Origin: Anaerolineales bacterium
GTDB lineage: Bacteria > Chloroflexota > Anaerolineae > Anaerolineales > Villigracilaceae
Direction of reading: 5' to 3'
DNA: 64,000 nucleotides
Assembly (NCBI GenBank): GCA_020060235.1
Contig: JAGVAO010000067.1
Coordinates: forward strand, 1,257-65,256
Each line of letters starts with the position of its first letter. Within the stretch, counting starts at the first letter, position 1. Shown here one piece after another: positions 43,601 to 52,609 of this stretch. Position numbers and translations under genes: made by a program. Under the pieces are notes generated by a model. It saw nothing but the letters and a program-made list of their open reading frames with translations, was not told the DNA's origin and did not search any database.

Positions 43601-44395
43601 TTACGGCAATCCCTTAAATCCCTGTTCGCGCCAGGTGCTGAAACGCTGCCAGCCGATGTCCGAGAGCATCAGGGTCATACCAAAGCCAATTAGAACGCAG
43701 GTGATGAAGAAAAAGGCCACTTCTTCGATGGGCAGGATGCCGAAGAAGTTGATGCCCAGCGTCTGGTCTTTGGAGATGTTCCAGGTGGTGGCGCTCAGGG
43801 CGACGATGTCGGTTAGCGAGAGATACAGTCCGGGGATAAAGATGGACGTAAAAACCACTTTGCGGTAATGCCACAAAATATCTGCCCCGAACAGGAATTG
43901 GGGAATGATGGGTGGCAGCGCCCAGAAGAAGATGATGCCCAGGTAGTTCCACTCATCACCGGCGAAGAAAAATTGGAAGGTAAAGAAGACCCAGGCGGCA
44001 ATGAGTATTCCGGTTGACAAGTAAACCAGTTTTGGGCTGCGCTGGAAGGTTTCAGGAGCGGGCAGTCTCAGCCGCCGAGCCAGGAACCACCACCACAAAC
44101 CAACCAAGATGGTTTCGACGATAAAGAACGTGTATTCTTCAATCGGAACATAGCCAATCGTAATGCCGGTGACCAGGTCCGGGTTGTAGTACCAGACGCC
44201 GGTGGCGACCAGGTAGTTGTCCCAGGGGGTGGTGTAAACCAACGCGATGAGAACATGCACGGCGATAATTAGCGGCACTTTTTTTGCGTCGAAACCGGGA
44301 GTGGGGCGTCCGGCGCGCTTGTCCAGCCAGGTGATGACCAGCAGGACAAGAATCGGGATGATGACGAAGTAAGCGAGAAAGGCGAAGTAGGTCAT
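43601..44395 (-). CDS. lycopene cyclase, fused CrtYc/CrtYd-type (two lycopene-cyclase domains)
   Basis: A duplicated membrane domain, each half carrying the PxEE motif (VPIEEYTFF and LPIEEVAFF). Confidence 0.75.
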   Translation of the reverse strand: MTYFAFLAYFVIIPILVLLVITWLDKRAGRPTPGFDAKKVPLIIAVHVLIALVYTTPWDNYLVATGVWYYNPDLVTGITIGYVPIEEYTFFIVETILVGLWWWFLARRLRLPAPETFQRSPKLVYLSTGILIAAWVFFTFQFFFAGDEWNYLGIIFFWALPPIIPQFLFGADILWHYRKVVFTSIFIPGLYLSLTDIVALSATTWNISKDQTLGINFFGILPIEEVAFFFITCVLIGFGMTLMLSDIGWQRFSTWREQGFKGLP

Positions 44396-45744
44396 GAGGA
44401 TTTTAGATTGGATGATAGGCGGCGGGTAATTTTCATCAACACACCCGGGCGCGGTTCAAGGGTTGCGCCCATATGCGGGTGGATGTTTTCTGTCAAAAGT
44501 TGAAAATCGAAAGTCCTTAAAAGCTGGCTGACCACAATCCGCGCTTCGGCCTGGCCAAAGGCGGCCCCGATGCAGGCGCGCGGCCCGCCGCCGAAGGGGA
44601 TGAAGCTCATCGGGGGCGTTGCTTGCCTCGTGCTTTTTTGCGAGGTGCGGGCTTGCGAGAATCGTTCAGGCTGGAACTGGTCTGGGTTTTCCCAGATGGT
44701 CGGGTCACGCTGGGTCAGGTAAATCGAGTAGAACATGCGCGAACCGGCCGGGATGGTTTTACCCTCGCCAAAAGCCACATCCTGCGCCGCGATGCGGTTG
44801 CCGATGTGGATGGGCGGATATAGGCGCAAGGTTTCCTTGATGACCTGGTCGAGCAGGGGCGGGGTCTGGCCGGGTTCGCTCGCGTCCAGTTCGCGGACGA
44901 GGCGGGCGTGGATGTCCGGGTGCTGGCCGAGCAGGGCGAAAACCCAGGCCAGCAGCGCGGTGGAAGTGTCGTGCCCGGCAATCAGCATGGTCAGCATTTG
45001 GTCACGAATGATTTTGTCGGTCAGGTTGGCGTCGATGAGGTGTTGAAGCAAATCGTTATTCGGGGCTTCGGTATTCGATGAATCGGCGTCCGAATATCGA
45101 ACATCGAATATCGCTTTTCGCCGTTCTGCAATGATTTCATACAGGTAGTCATCGAGGGCTTTCAGGCGTTTTTTATAACCAGGGCGCGGGATGCGCCGCC
45201 ATAAAATCCATGCGCCGGGGGAGATGTAGTCGATGGCTTTCAAGATGGGCGTCCAGATGCGCGGGATGTCGTCCCAGGCATCGCGGCTGAAGAGGGCCTG
45301 GATGATAATCAGCAGGGCGATTTTGCGGCCTTCGACGAGCATATCCACTACCTGCCCATCCTGCCAGGTTGCGCTGACCCGTTTGGTTTGCTGGCGCATC
45401 ATTTCGGCGTAGCCGGGCAACTTGCCTGGGTGCAGCGACGGTTCCATGAGTTTGCGGTAATGGTCGTGTTCCTCTCCATCGGTGACGAGCACGCCGCGGT
45501 CGAGCAGGTCTGTGACCGGGTCGTTGTTGCGCCACTGGAACTTGTCACGCTCGGTGACGAGTACCTTGCGGGCGGCTTCGGGGCCAAAGACGATGTAGGG
45601 CTTGAATCCCGGCAGAGGCACCTGGAAGAAGCGCCCGACCCGCTCGGCCATAACGCGCAGCGGCCCGAGCGGGGGTTTTTCTGCGAGAAAGGATTTCAGG
45701 ACGGCGAGGCCGAGTTGGGGGTCGGAGGATGTGTCAGGTTTCAT
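44392..45744 (-). CDS. cytochrome P450, probable carotenoid-modifying monooxygenase by context
   Basis: I-helix [14 protein letters not shown] (ExxR) and heme loop [10 protein letters not shown]. The stop overlaps the lycopene cyclase start. Confidence 0.85.
   Translation of the reverse strand: MKPDTSSDPQLGLAVLKSFLAEKPPLGPLRVMAERVGRFFQVPLPGFKPYIVFGPEAARKVLVTERDKFQWRNNDPVTDLLDRGVLVTDGEEHDHYRKLMEPSLHPGKLPGYAEMMRQQTKRVSATWQDGQVVDMLVEGRKIALLIIIQALFSRDAWDDIPRIWTPILKAIDYISPGAWILWRRIPRPGYKKRLKALDDYLYEIIAERRKAIFDVRYSDADSSNTEAPNNDLLQHLIDANLTDKIIRDQMLTMLIAGHDTSTALLAWVFALLGQHPDIHARLVRELDASEPGQTPPLLDQVIKETLRLYPPIHIGNRIAAQDVAFGEGKTIPAGSRMFYSIYLTQRDPTIWENPDQFQPERFSQARTSQKSTRQATPPMSFIPFGGGPRACIGAAFGQAEARIVVSQLLRTFDFQLLTENIHPHMGATLEPRPGVLMKITRRLSSNLKSS
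45051..45113 (+). repeat. CGAAT-unit repeat block, family D copy 2 (in-frame inside the P450 gene)
   Basis: 'aatcgttattcgg...ggtattcgatgaatcggcgtccgaatatcgaacatcgaatatcg' encodes ...[20 protein letters not shown].... Confidence 0.5.
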
Positions 45745-45759
45745 GTGTCAGGTGTCAGG
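45731..45759 (+). repeat. TGTCAGG-repeat element, family A copy 2 (spans the GNAT stop and the P450 start)
   Basis: 'gtgtcaggtttcatgtgtcaggtgtcagg'. On the minus strand it supplies the TGA of the GNAT gene, the 10-nt spacer, and ATG AAA CCT GAC AC of the P450. Confidence 0.8.
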
Positions 45760-46276
45760 CGAGGGTTTTGGTCAGGTAAAGCACCAGGTCGTCATCGACG
45801 GGGATGGATTGGCCGTACTGAACGGGCTGGCCGCGCGAGAACAGTCCGCGCCCGTCGGGGATGTAACCGCGTTTGGCGTACATGCGCTGGGCCGAGCCGT
45901 AGTCGGCGGTCATGCCGACGCCCAGGCCAACCACTGCGCTTCGGGCGGCAACCCGTTTTTCGGCTTCGTCCATCAGGGACTCGCCGATGCCCTGGCGGCG
46001 GAATTTGGGCAGGACGTTGAAATCGACAATTTCAGGGATGTTTTGCTCGCGGAAAGGCGGGTAGTGCGACTGCCAGCAGATGGTGACGTAACCAGCGAAG
46101 TCCAAAATCGGGAGATTTTGGACTCCAGAATGAGCGACCAGGACGACCCGCTGGCCTGCTTCCTGCTCCGCGAGATATTTCTCATACTGCGAGGCGGGTT
46201 TATCCCAGCCCAGTTCAGAAAAAGCAGCAGCGATGGAGTTAATGTCGGTGGGTTCGATGAGGCGAATGGTAGGCAT
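45755..46276 (-). CDS. GNAT-family N-acetyltransferase
   Basis: 173 aa with the acetyl-CoA motif FRRQGIGESLMDEAEKRV. Confidence 0.8.
   Translation of the reverse strand: MPTIRLIEPTDINSIAAAFSELGWDKPASQYEKYLAEQEAGQRVVLVAHSGVQNLPILDFAGYVTICWQSHYPPFREQNIPEIVDFNVLPKFRRQGIGESLMDEAEKRVAARSAVVGLGVGMTADYGSAQRMYAKRGYIPDGRGLFSRGQPVQYGQSIPVDDDLVLYLTKTLA
46097..46126 (+). repeat. palindromic element, family B copy 2 (in-frame inside the GNAT gene)
   Basis: 'gaagtccaaaatc'-ggga-'gattttggactcc' pairs at 12 of 13 positions. It encodes GVQNLPILDF. Confidence 0.75.
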
Positions 46277-46295
46277 GTCTTTTAAGGGTTGAAGG

Positions 46296-47747
46296 TCATT
46301 CGGGTTTTTGGCTTGTGGCTTTTGATGAATTGTAGGCTTTCAGCGTTCGTTCCCGCGCCTCGGCGCGGTCAACGATGGGTTGGGCCGGGTAGCCAGGGAC
46401 GCGGATGCCCTTTTCCCAGCAGGGGGCGTGGATTTCGGGGGTGGAGAGATGGGCGAGTTCGGGAACCCATTTGCGGATGTAGGCGCCGTCCGGGTCGAAT
46501 TTGGCCGATTGCAGCACCGGGTTGAAGATACGGAAGTAGGGCGCGGCATCGGTTCCGGTTCCAGCTGTCCACTGCCAGCCGCCGTTGTTGGCGGCCGGGT
46601 CGCCGTCGAGCAGGTTGTCCATAAACCAACGTTCGCCCCATTGCCAGTTAATCAGCAAATCCTTGACGAGAAAGGAGGCGACAATCATGCGCGCCCGGTT
46701 GTGCATCCAGCCGGTTTCGCGCAGTTGGCGCATGGCTGCGTCCACGACCGGGACGCCGGTGCGGCCTTCCTTCCAGGCGGCAAAATCGGCTTCATCGTCC
46801 CGCCAGGGGATGTTTTGCAGGGCCGGGTTGAATGCGCGCCTGGCAACGTGCGGGAAGTGGTAGAGGATAGATATGTAGAATTCGCGCCAGATGAGTTCGT
46901 TCAACCATCTTTGCGAGCCTTTTTCGTTGAACGTGTTCAACGCGGTTTCAGCCGCCTGGCGCATGGAAACCATGCCGAAGCGGATATAGGGCGAGAGGGC
47001 GGAAGTGCCGTCGAGGTCGAGGCGGTTGCGGGTTTCGTGGTAACTGGTAATTGGTGATTGAGCAAATTGAGCTAGGCGGCGTTGGGCTTCGGCTTCACCG
47101 GGAGGAAAATGGTCAACGGATGACAGCGGATGCGCGGAGTTGTCAACGGATAGGAACGGATGCACGGATTTTGCCAGCGGATGAAGGGGCGGATACTTCG
47201 GCAGGCTCGGTGCAAGTTGCGCGGATATCTCAACGGATGGGGGCAGGTTGATGGGGGGGAAATGTTCCGGAGCTGGGAGCGGGTTTAGGCTCGATGGGAG
47301 CAGGGATTTCCAGGTTTTCGCAAAAGGCGTGAAAACGGTGTACGGCTTGCCGTCTGGTTTGCGAACGGCTTCCGGGTGATGAACGGTCTGCCCGTGGACA
47401 AGGGTCAGCGGTAGGGATTGAATCAGTTGTTCGTCGCGGGCGCGGGCGTAGGGGGTGTAATCTTGCTCGGCAAAAATGGCCTGCGCGCCAGTTTCGATGA
47501 GCAGGTTGAGCAATTCAATCTCCGGTTTGCCGCGTCGAATGACCAGAGAAGAGCCGCGTTTTTGCAATTCCTGGTCGAGTTCGTCCAGGCCGCCAAAGAG
47601 GAAGGCTTGCCGCCGGGCGGGAGTGCGTTCGAGCAGGTGCGGGTCGAGGATAAAGACGGGGACCACCGCTCCCTGCTTGAGAGCGGCGCGCAAGGCCGGG
47701 TTATCCGAAAGGCGAAGGTCGCGGCGAATCCACCACAGGGAGGTCAT
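46296..47747 (-). CDS. phr: deoxyribodipyrimidine photolyase (cryptochrome/photolyase family)
   Basis: LWWIRRDLRLSDNPAL, WREFY, GWMHNRARMIVASFL, and W..G..D-type FAD-domain motifs. Confidence 0.9.
   Translation of the reverse strand: MTSLWWIRRDLRLSDNPALRAALKQGAVVPVFILDPHLLERTPARRQAFLFGGLDELDQELQKRGSSLVIRRGKPEIELLNLLIETGAQAIFAEQDYTPYARARDEQLIQSLPLTLVHGQTVHHPEAVRKPDGKPYTVFTPFAKTWKSLLPSSLNPLPAPEHFPPINLPPSVEISAQLAPSLPKYPPLHPLAKSVHPFLSVDNSAHPLSSVDHFPPGEAEAQRRLAQFAQSPITSYHETRNRLDLDGTSALSPYIRFGMVSMRQAAETALNTFNEKGSQRWLNELIWREFYISILYHFPHVARRAFNPALQNIPWRDDEADFAAWKEGRTGVPVVDAAMRQLRETGWMHNRARMIVASFLVKDLLINWQWGERWFMDNLLDGDPAANNGGWQWTAGTGTDAAPYFRIFNPVLQSAKFDPDGAYIRKWVPELAHLSTPEIHAPCWEKGIRVPGYPAQPIVDRAEARERTLKAYNSSKATSQKPE
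47112..47243 (+). repeat. 'caacggatg / gcggatgcgcgga' repeat block, family C copy 1 (in-frame in the photolyase inter-domain linker)
   Basis: 'gtcaacggatgacagcggatgcgcggagttgtcaacggataggaacggatgcacgg...' encodes ...HPLAKSVHPFLSVDNSAHPLSSVDH. Confidence 0.8.
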
Positions 47748-47767
47748 ATCTAAAAAGAAACCTCCCT

Positions 47768-48343
47768 TTATTCCAGTAGTTCCGGCAGGGTCGGTTCTGC
47801 AACCTGTTCAGGAAAGAGTTTGTGCATCACTGTAATCACTTTGTAGGCAAAGTTGGGGTCGAAGGTGTAAAAGCCCTCATACATGCGTGGTTCGTTGGGC
47901 AGGCGGTTTTCGGCGTTGATTTCTTCAGCCAGCAGGGTCATGTGAATGCCCGGCCCGTAGGCAATGACAAACCAGTAATGTTCGAGCGGCGTGCCAGAAG
48001 TGTCGATGGCCTGGGTGCGGACGAAATCAGGCAGGGGTACGTCAGGCACGCCATACATCCACAAACTTGTGGAGGCCTGGGCGACCCCTACGTAACGCTC
48101 TTGCTGTGCGGCAACCCGCGAGAAATACTGGAAGGAAACGTGGGTTTCCGATGCGCCCGGGCTGGCAATAATGGCGTCCTCTATCATGTGGCTGATTTCT
48201 ATCATGCCGTTCACGGTGAAGATGTAGCGAAAATTGACCCGTTGCAGGTCTTCGCGCGTGGCGCTTTTCAGGAAAGCCTCGGTGCGCGGCGGAAACAGCG
48301 GCATCAGTTTGCCAAAAAAGTTGTGCAGAATATCTTTTTCCAT
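47768..48343 (-). CDS. stand-alone DICT-domain protein
   Basis: 191 aa collinear with the N-terminal domain of the neighbouring cyclase (...HVSFQYFSRVAAQQERY...WMYGVPD...HYWFVIAYGPGIHMTLLAEEI). Confidence 0.55.
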   Translation of the reverse strand: MEKDILHNFFGKLMPLFPPRTEAFLKSATREDLQRVNFRYIFTVNGMIEISHMIEDAIIASPGASETHVSFQYFSRVAAQQERYVGVAQASTSLWMYGVPDVPLPDFVRTQAIDTSGTPLEHYWFVIAYGPGIHMTLLAEEINAENRLPNEPRMYEGFYTFDPNFAYKVITVMHKLFPEQVAEPTLPELLE

Positions 48344-48348
48344 TTGTC

Positions 48349-49707
48349 TTACTCCTTGGTCGCTGGTATTGCCGGCGCTTTTGCGCGGCTTTCGTTTTCC
48401 CCGCCGATGAAGTCTTCAAGGGCTTCGAACTCGGCGCTGTACATTCGCTGGTAGCCTTTGCCTTTGACCTGCACGTCGCGGCCCAGGCAGCGGATGGGGC
48501 GGTTGAGGGCGCGGTAGGTGGCTTCATCAATACCCAGCCCATTGGACGGGGCCAGGGCCTGCAAGCGGCTGGCCATGTTGACCGCGTCGCCAATAATGGT
48601 GATTTCGCGGCGCGAAGCCGAGCCAAGGCGGGTAATGATGCACTCGCCGCTGGCAATGCCGATGCGGGTGTTGAACTGCAGGCCCAGGTGGGCGATTTGC
48701 TGATTATTGAAGCGCGACAGGCGGCGCTGCATTTCGGCGGCAGCGCTGACTGCATCGTTTGAACTGTTGAAGAATGCCATCAGGCCATCACCCAGGAATT
48801 TGTCGATGTCGCCATTGTGTTCGTAGATGACCGTCGTCAGCAGGTTGAAGTAACGATTGAGCGTTTTGGTCAATTCGAGCGAATCGCCGCGCTCGAAAAG
48901 CGGGGTAAAGTTTTCAATATCGGTAAACAGGATGGTCAGTTTACGGCGTTCCGGTTGGAAAGGCTCTTCAGGCGGGCTGTCGAGCATTTGCTGGCTGTCG
49001 TCCCAGGCGCGGCGTGAGACCATCGTGCGCACAATTTCTTCCATGCGCTCCAGCGCGTTGGTGCGTTCGGCCAGGTTGTTGTAAAGAGCCGATAACTGGC
49101 TTTGGGTGCGGTCCATATAACCGGCGAATTGGTTCAGGTAAGTGTTGACAGGTTGAACCGGGTCGAGCGGGGCGGGGACAAAAGGCGGTTCGGGCAGGCC
49201 AATCGCCTGGTGCAGCAAGCGCGCCGCAGGCTGGACGATGTGGTCTTCGAGCGTGACCATGCCCTGGTAGAGCCGTCCGCGCCCAAAGCGGCTTTCGCGC
49301 AACGAGGCAGCCGAGGCACCGATTTCACGCGTCAGTAAGGCGACGCCAAAGCGCGGGTGGGCAAAGACAATAAACCATTCCTGTGTCAAGGGCGCGTCAG
49401 GGGCCAGGGACACATATTCCAGGTTGGGAATTTCCGGCACGGCGCTGTCGGCTTTGCCAAAGATATAGACTTTTTTACAGCGTGCCGCCAACTGGCGAAA
49501 ACGGTTGGCCTGCGGCAGGAAGGCCGAAAAACGCTGGAATCCGGCGAAGAAAATCGAATCCATGCCATGCCGCAAGACGGTTTCTTCGATGCTGTGGCTG
49601 ACGGCCAGCAAAGACGCCACAGACGAGGTGCGCGCGGCGTTTGCCCCTGCGGCGGCCTGGGTGGCATTAAGTGTATAGAGCGAGATGGCCTGGATATCTG
49701 GTTTCAC
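48349..49707 (-). CDS. class III adenylate/guanylate cyclase with an N-terminal DICT sensory domain
   Basis: Cyclase core LTILFTDIENFTPLFE...KFLGDGLMAFF...IGIASGECI...IGDAVNMASRLQ. N-terminal DICT-like region FFAGFQRFSAFLPQANRF...EWFIVFAHPRFGVALLTREI. Confidence 0.85.
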   Translation of the reverse strand: MKPDIQAISLYTLNATQAAAGANAARTSSVASLLAVSHSIEETVLRHGMDSIFFAGFQRFSAFLPQANRFRQLAARCKKVYIFGKADSAVPEIPNLEYVSLAPDAPLTQEWFIVFAHPRFGVALLTREIGASAASLRESRFGRGRLYQGMVTLEDHIVQPAARLLHQAIGLPEPPFVPAPLDPVQPVNTYLNQFAGYMDRTQSQLSALYNNLAERTNALERMEEIVRTMVSRRAWDDSQQMLDSPPEEPFQPERRKLTILFTDIENFTPLFERGDSLELTKTLNRYFNLLTTVIYEHNGDIDKFLGDGLMAFFNSSNDAVSAAAEMQRRLSRFNNQQIAHLGLQFNTRIGIASGECIITRLGSASRREITIIGDAVNMASRLQALAPSNGLGIDEATYRALNRPIRCLGRDVQVKGKGYQRMYSAEFEALEDFIGGENESRAKAPAIPATKE

Positions 49708-49718
49708 GGGACAGGTTC

Positions 49719-50930
49719 TCAGGATGCTGCGGCCATTGATTTGGCGCGGATTTCAGCCGCAATCGGGTTGCCGTAGATGACGCGCCAGACATACACGCTC
49801 AAGGCAACCAATAGGATACCGCTGAACAGGCCGGGGGCCCAGGTTCCGAGGCTGCCGAGCAGGGCGCCGCCCAGGGTGGGGGCGATGACCCGCGTCAGGC
49901 TTTCGATGGAGGCTGAAAGCCCCAAAATCCCGCCGACTTCCTGGGTCTGGACGGCCTTGGTCAGGGTGCTGGCGAGGACGGTGTTCAGGATTCCGCCCGC
50001 GATGGCGGTCGGCGTCAGGATGACCATCAGCCAAAAGACCGAGGGGACAATTGCCCAACCCAGCAGGGCTGCGGCCATGATGACAATCGAGACGGCAATC
50101 AGCAGGTCTTCACGGAAGCGTTGGGTCAGGCGGCCAATTAAGAATCCCTGCACAAAGACCGAGAGAACGCCAACGTAGGTGAGAATAAATCCTGTATTGC
50201 GGGCGTCGAGCTGGAATTTTTTCAGGGCGTATAAGGCGAAAATAGTCTGAAAAATAGCAAAGGCCAGGCCAAAGAAGAAACGGGTTATCAGCAGCGAGCC
50301 GCTGAATGGACGTTTGAGCGCTGCGCCGAGGGCCGAAAAGGTGAAACCAGGGCGTTTTTCGGGCATCGCGGCGCGCTTTTCTTCGGACAGCGATTCGGGA
50401 AGCCAGGCGGCCACCAAAATCAGGTTGATGGCCGACAGCCCGGCGGCGGCAAAGGAGGGCACATCGTAGCCCCACTGACTCAAAAACCCGCCAGTGACAG
50501 GGCCGATGATAAATCCCAGGCCGAAGGCGGCCCCGACCAGCCCCAGGCCTTTGGAGCGATTCTTCTCGTCGGTTACATCGGCGATGTAGGCCTGGGCCAC
50601 GCTCAGGTTGCCGCCCATGAAGCCGGAGAGCATGCGGCTGGCGAAGAGCATCCACAGGGCGTTGGCAAAGCCGAGCAGGAGAAAGCCGAGGAATGCGCCA
50701 AAAATGCTGATGAGCAGCATCGGGCGGCGGCCATAGCGGTCGGAAAGCCGCCCCAGCATTGGCGCGCCGATGAGCTGCATGGCGGCGTAGGATGCCACCA
50801 GCAGGCCGGTGGTGAACTCGTCTGCGCCAAAGGTATCCGCATAATAGGGCAGCAGTGGCAGAATCAGGCTGAAGCCGAGCAAGTCAACGAAGACGACGAA
50901 GATGACAGAGAACAGGCGTTTTTTATCCAT
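49719..50930 (-). CDS. MFS transporter (TetA-like drug:H+ antiporter family)
   Basis: 12-TM profile with motif A GRLSDRYGRRPML. Confidence 0.85.
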   Translation of the reverse strand: MDKKRLFSVIFVVFVDLLGFSLILPLLPYYADTFGADEFTTGLLVASYAAMQLIGAPMLGRLSDRYGRRPMLLISIFGAFLGFLLLGFANALWMLFASRMLSGFMGGNLSVAQAYIADVTDEKNRSKGLGLVGAAFGLGFIIGPVTGGFLSQWGYDVPSFAAAGLSAINLILVAAWLPESLSEEKRAAMPEKRPGFTFSALGAALKRPFSGSLLITRFFFGLAFAIFQTIFALYALKKFQLDARNTGFILTYVGVLSVFVQGFLIGRLTQRFREDLLIAVSIVIMAAALLGWAIVPSVFWLMVILTPTAIAGGILNTVLASTLTKAVQTQEVGGILGLSASIESLTRVIAPTLGGALLGSLGTWAPGLFSGILLVALSVYVWRVIYGNPIAAEIRAKSMAAAS

Positions 50931-51405
50931 GAAGTTTTTCTTGATTGAATTCTCTTAAAACAGCCAGGATTTCATCGTTGGCGGGAATGTCAGATGCATC
51001 GTGTCCATAATGCACGAAGCGTACAATGCCCTGTTTGTCAATCGTCACCTGGGCGGGCATGCGCCCGAATTTGAAAATCTTGACTTGCTGACCGTACAGT
51101 TTTAAGACCGTATGTTCAGGGTCAGGCAGGCCGATGAAAGGCAGGTCGTGCTTTTGCCAGTATTCTGCAAAGGCTTTGGCGTCTTCGGGACCAAGCACCA
51201 GCACGACGGTGTCTTCGGCGATAAATTTTTCAGAGTCCTGGCGCAACTGCGCCAAATGCCGTTGGCAAAATGGTCAGAAAAGGCCGCGGTTGAAAACGAG
51301 CAGGACGTTGTTCCGGTCTTTGAAATCAGACAGGTTGATTTTCTGACCGTTGAAATCGGGCAGGCTGAAATCGGGCGCGGGTTGGTTGAGTTCTACGCGG
51401 CTCAT
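50923..51405 (-). CDS. peroxiredoxin-like (AhpC/TSA, PRX_like2) thiol oxidoreductase with in-frame TGA: probable selenoprotein (UxxC)
   Basis: ORFs 51274..51489 and 50923..51255 share one frame and are separated only by TGA 51274-51276. Read-through gives LVFNRGLF-U-PFCQRHLAQLRQD, which places Sec at the first Cys of the family's CxxC. A hairpin follows (see the next feature). Confidence 0.6.
51238..51255 (-). promoter_or_regulatory. candidate bacterial SECIS hairpin
   Basis: In the mRNA, 5'-UUGGCGC-AGUU-GCGCCAG-3' forms a 7-bp stem with a GU-containing tetraloop. The stem begins 18 nt after the UGA and the loop is about 25 nt from it. Confidence 0.45.
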
Positions 51406-51406
51406 C

Positions 51407-51733
51407 TCAGGCCCTGTTGCCCATGAAGAATTTTTGCGGATTGCCCTGGCTGGCGCGCAAGGCCAGGAAGGCGTACAGGCTGATGGCAAATGCGCCCAGA
51501 GTCATGACGGCGAGAATCCACAAGGCCGTTACCGGGATGGATTTTTCACGGTAGACAATCCAGGCCGAGAACAGGGTGAATCCGACGTACAGGTCCACAA
51601 GCGAGACGATTCCCCAGGGCAGGGAGGTAAGGATTGCGCCCTCGGCGGCGAAATCGCCCGCGATGAAGGCATAGCCGATGACGGCGGTCATCGCCAGCAC
51701 GCCCAAAATGGTGAGAATTTTTGCAACGTTCAT
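51407..51733 (-). CDS. small integral membrane protein (DUF1475-like)
   Basis: 108 aa with 3-4 TM helices and the motif LPWGIVSLVDLYVGFTLFSAWIVYRE. Its stop lies 1 nt before the next start codon. Confidence 0.55.
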   Translation of the reverse strand: MNVAKILTILGVLAMTAVIGYAFIAGDFAAEGAILTSLPWGIVSLVDLYVGFTLFSAWIVYREKSIPVTALWILAVMTLGAFAISLYAFLALRASQGNPQKFFMGNRA

Positions 51734-51742
51734 TGTGTATTC

Positions 51743-52579
51743 CTATTTCTTGCTGATACAGGCAAACCCCAGGGCGCCGACGCCAAGATGCGCGCCCAGC
51801 ACCGGGGTAATTTGCAGGACGGGTACATCGTTTCCCGGCCAATAAGCGCGGACGCTTTCGCGCAGGGCTTCGGCTTCTTCTTGAATCCCAGCGTGCAGGA
51901 TGGCGAGTTGCTCGAACGGCGCGTATTGTTCCAACCATTCCATCAGCAGGGCGGTGGCGTTTTTCTGGGTGCGCGTGCGATGAACAACCGGCTTGCCCTG
52001 GTTCATGTGCAGGACGGGTTTGATTTTGAGAAATTCGCCGATATGCGCTACGGCGGAGTGCATTCGTCCGCTGCGGCGCAGGTATTCGAGGGTTTTTAGC
52101 GAGGCAAAGACATAACTGCGCTCCATCTGCTCCTTGAGCGCGGATAAAATCTCTTCGATGGATTGACCGGCGGTCGCCAGTTGGGCGGCTTTTTCGACCA
52201 GGTAGCCCGTCCCCAGGCTGAGTTGCGTCGAATCCAGCACGGTCACCGGGATGCGGGCAAATTGTTGGGCGGCGATTCGCGCCTCGTTGACGGTGGCGCT
52301 CAGGCTCTCGGAGATGTGAATCGAGAGAATGGCCTTTGCCCCCTGGTCGGCCAGACGCTGGTAGAGTTGCTCAAAACCGCCCGGGCCGGGAGATGCCGTT
52401 TTCGGGAAGGGGTTCAGCACAGGCAACTGGCGGTAGAACTCCTCGCGGCTGATGTCGATGCCGTCCTTGTAGGCTTGCTCGCCGACGTGGATGTTAAGCG
52501 GCAGGACGGTGATACCCAGTTTGCGAACGGTCTCTTCGGGCAGGTCGCAGGTGCTGTCGGTAACGATGTGGATGCTCAT
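51743..52579 (-). CDS. DegV family fatty-acid-binding protein
   Basis: MSIHIVTDSTCDLPEE... with a DegV-type fold signature throughout. Confidence 0.85.
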   Translation of the reverse strand: MSIHIVTDSTCDLPEETVRKLGITVLPLNIHVGEQAYKDGIDISREEFYRQLPVLNPFPKTASPGPGGFEQLYQRLADQGAKAILSIHISESLSATVNEARIAAQQFARIPVTVLDSTQLSLGTGYLVEKAAQLATAGQSIEEILSALKEQMERSYVFASLKTLEYLRRSGRMHSAVAHIGEFLKIKPVLHMNQGKPVVHRTRTQKNATALLMEWLEQYAPFEQLAILHAGIQEEAEALRESVRAYWPGNDVPVLQITPVLGAHLGVGALGFACISKK

Positions 52580-52609
52580 GGGTGTCCCTCTCTTATATGG
52601 ATGGCAAAA

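Noticed and set aside
50923-51489. Calling the peroxiredoxin-like gene a pseudogene split by a nonsense mutation
   Set aside because: The single TGA falls exactly on the first Cys of the CxxC motif and is followed by a suitably placed hairpin. Both halves are otherwise intact, and the gene is translationally coupled to its neighbours. I therefore favour Sec decoding, although pseudogenisation or a sequencing error is not excluded.
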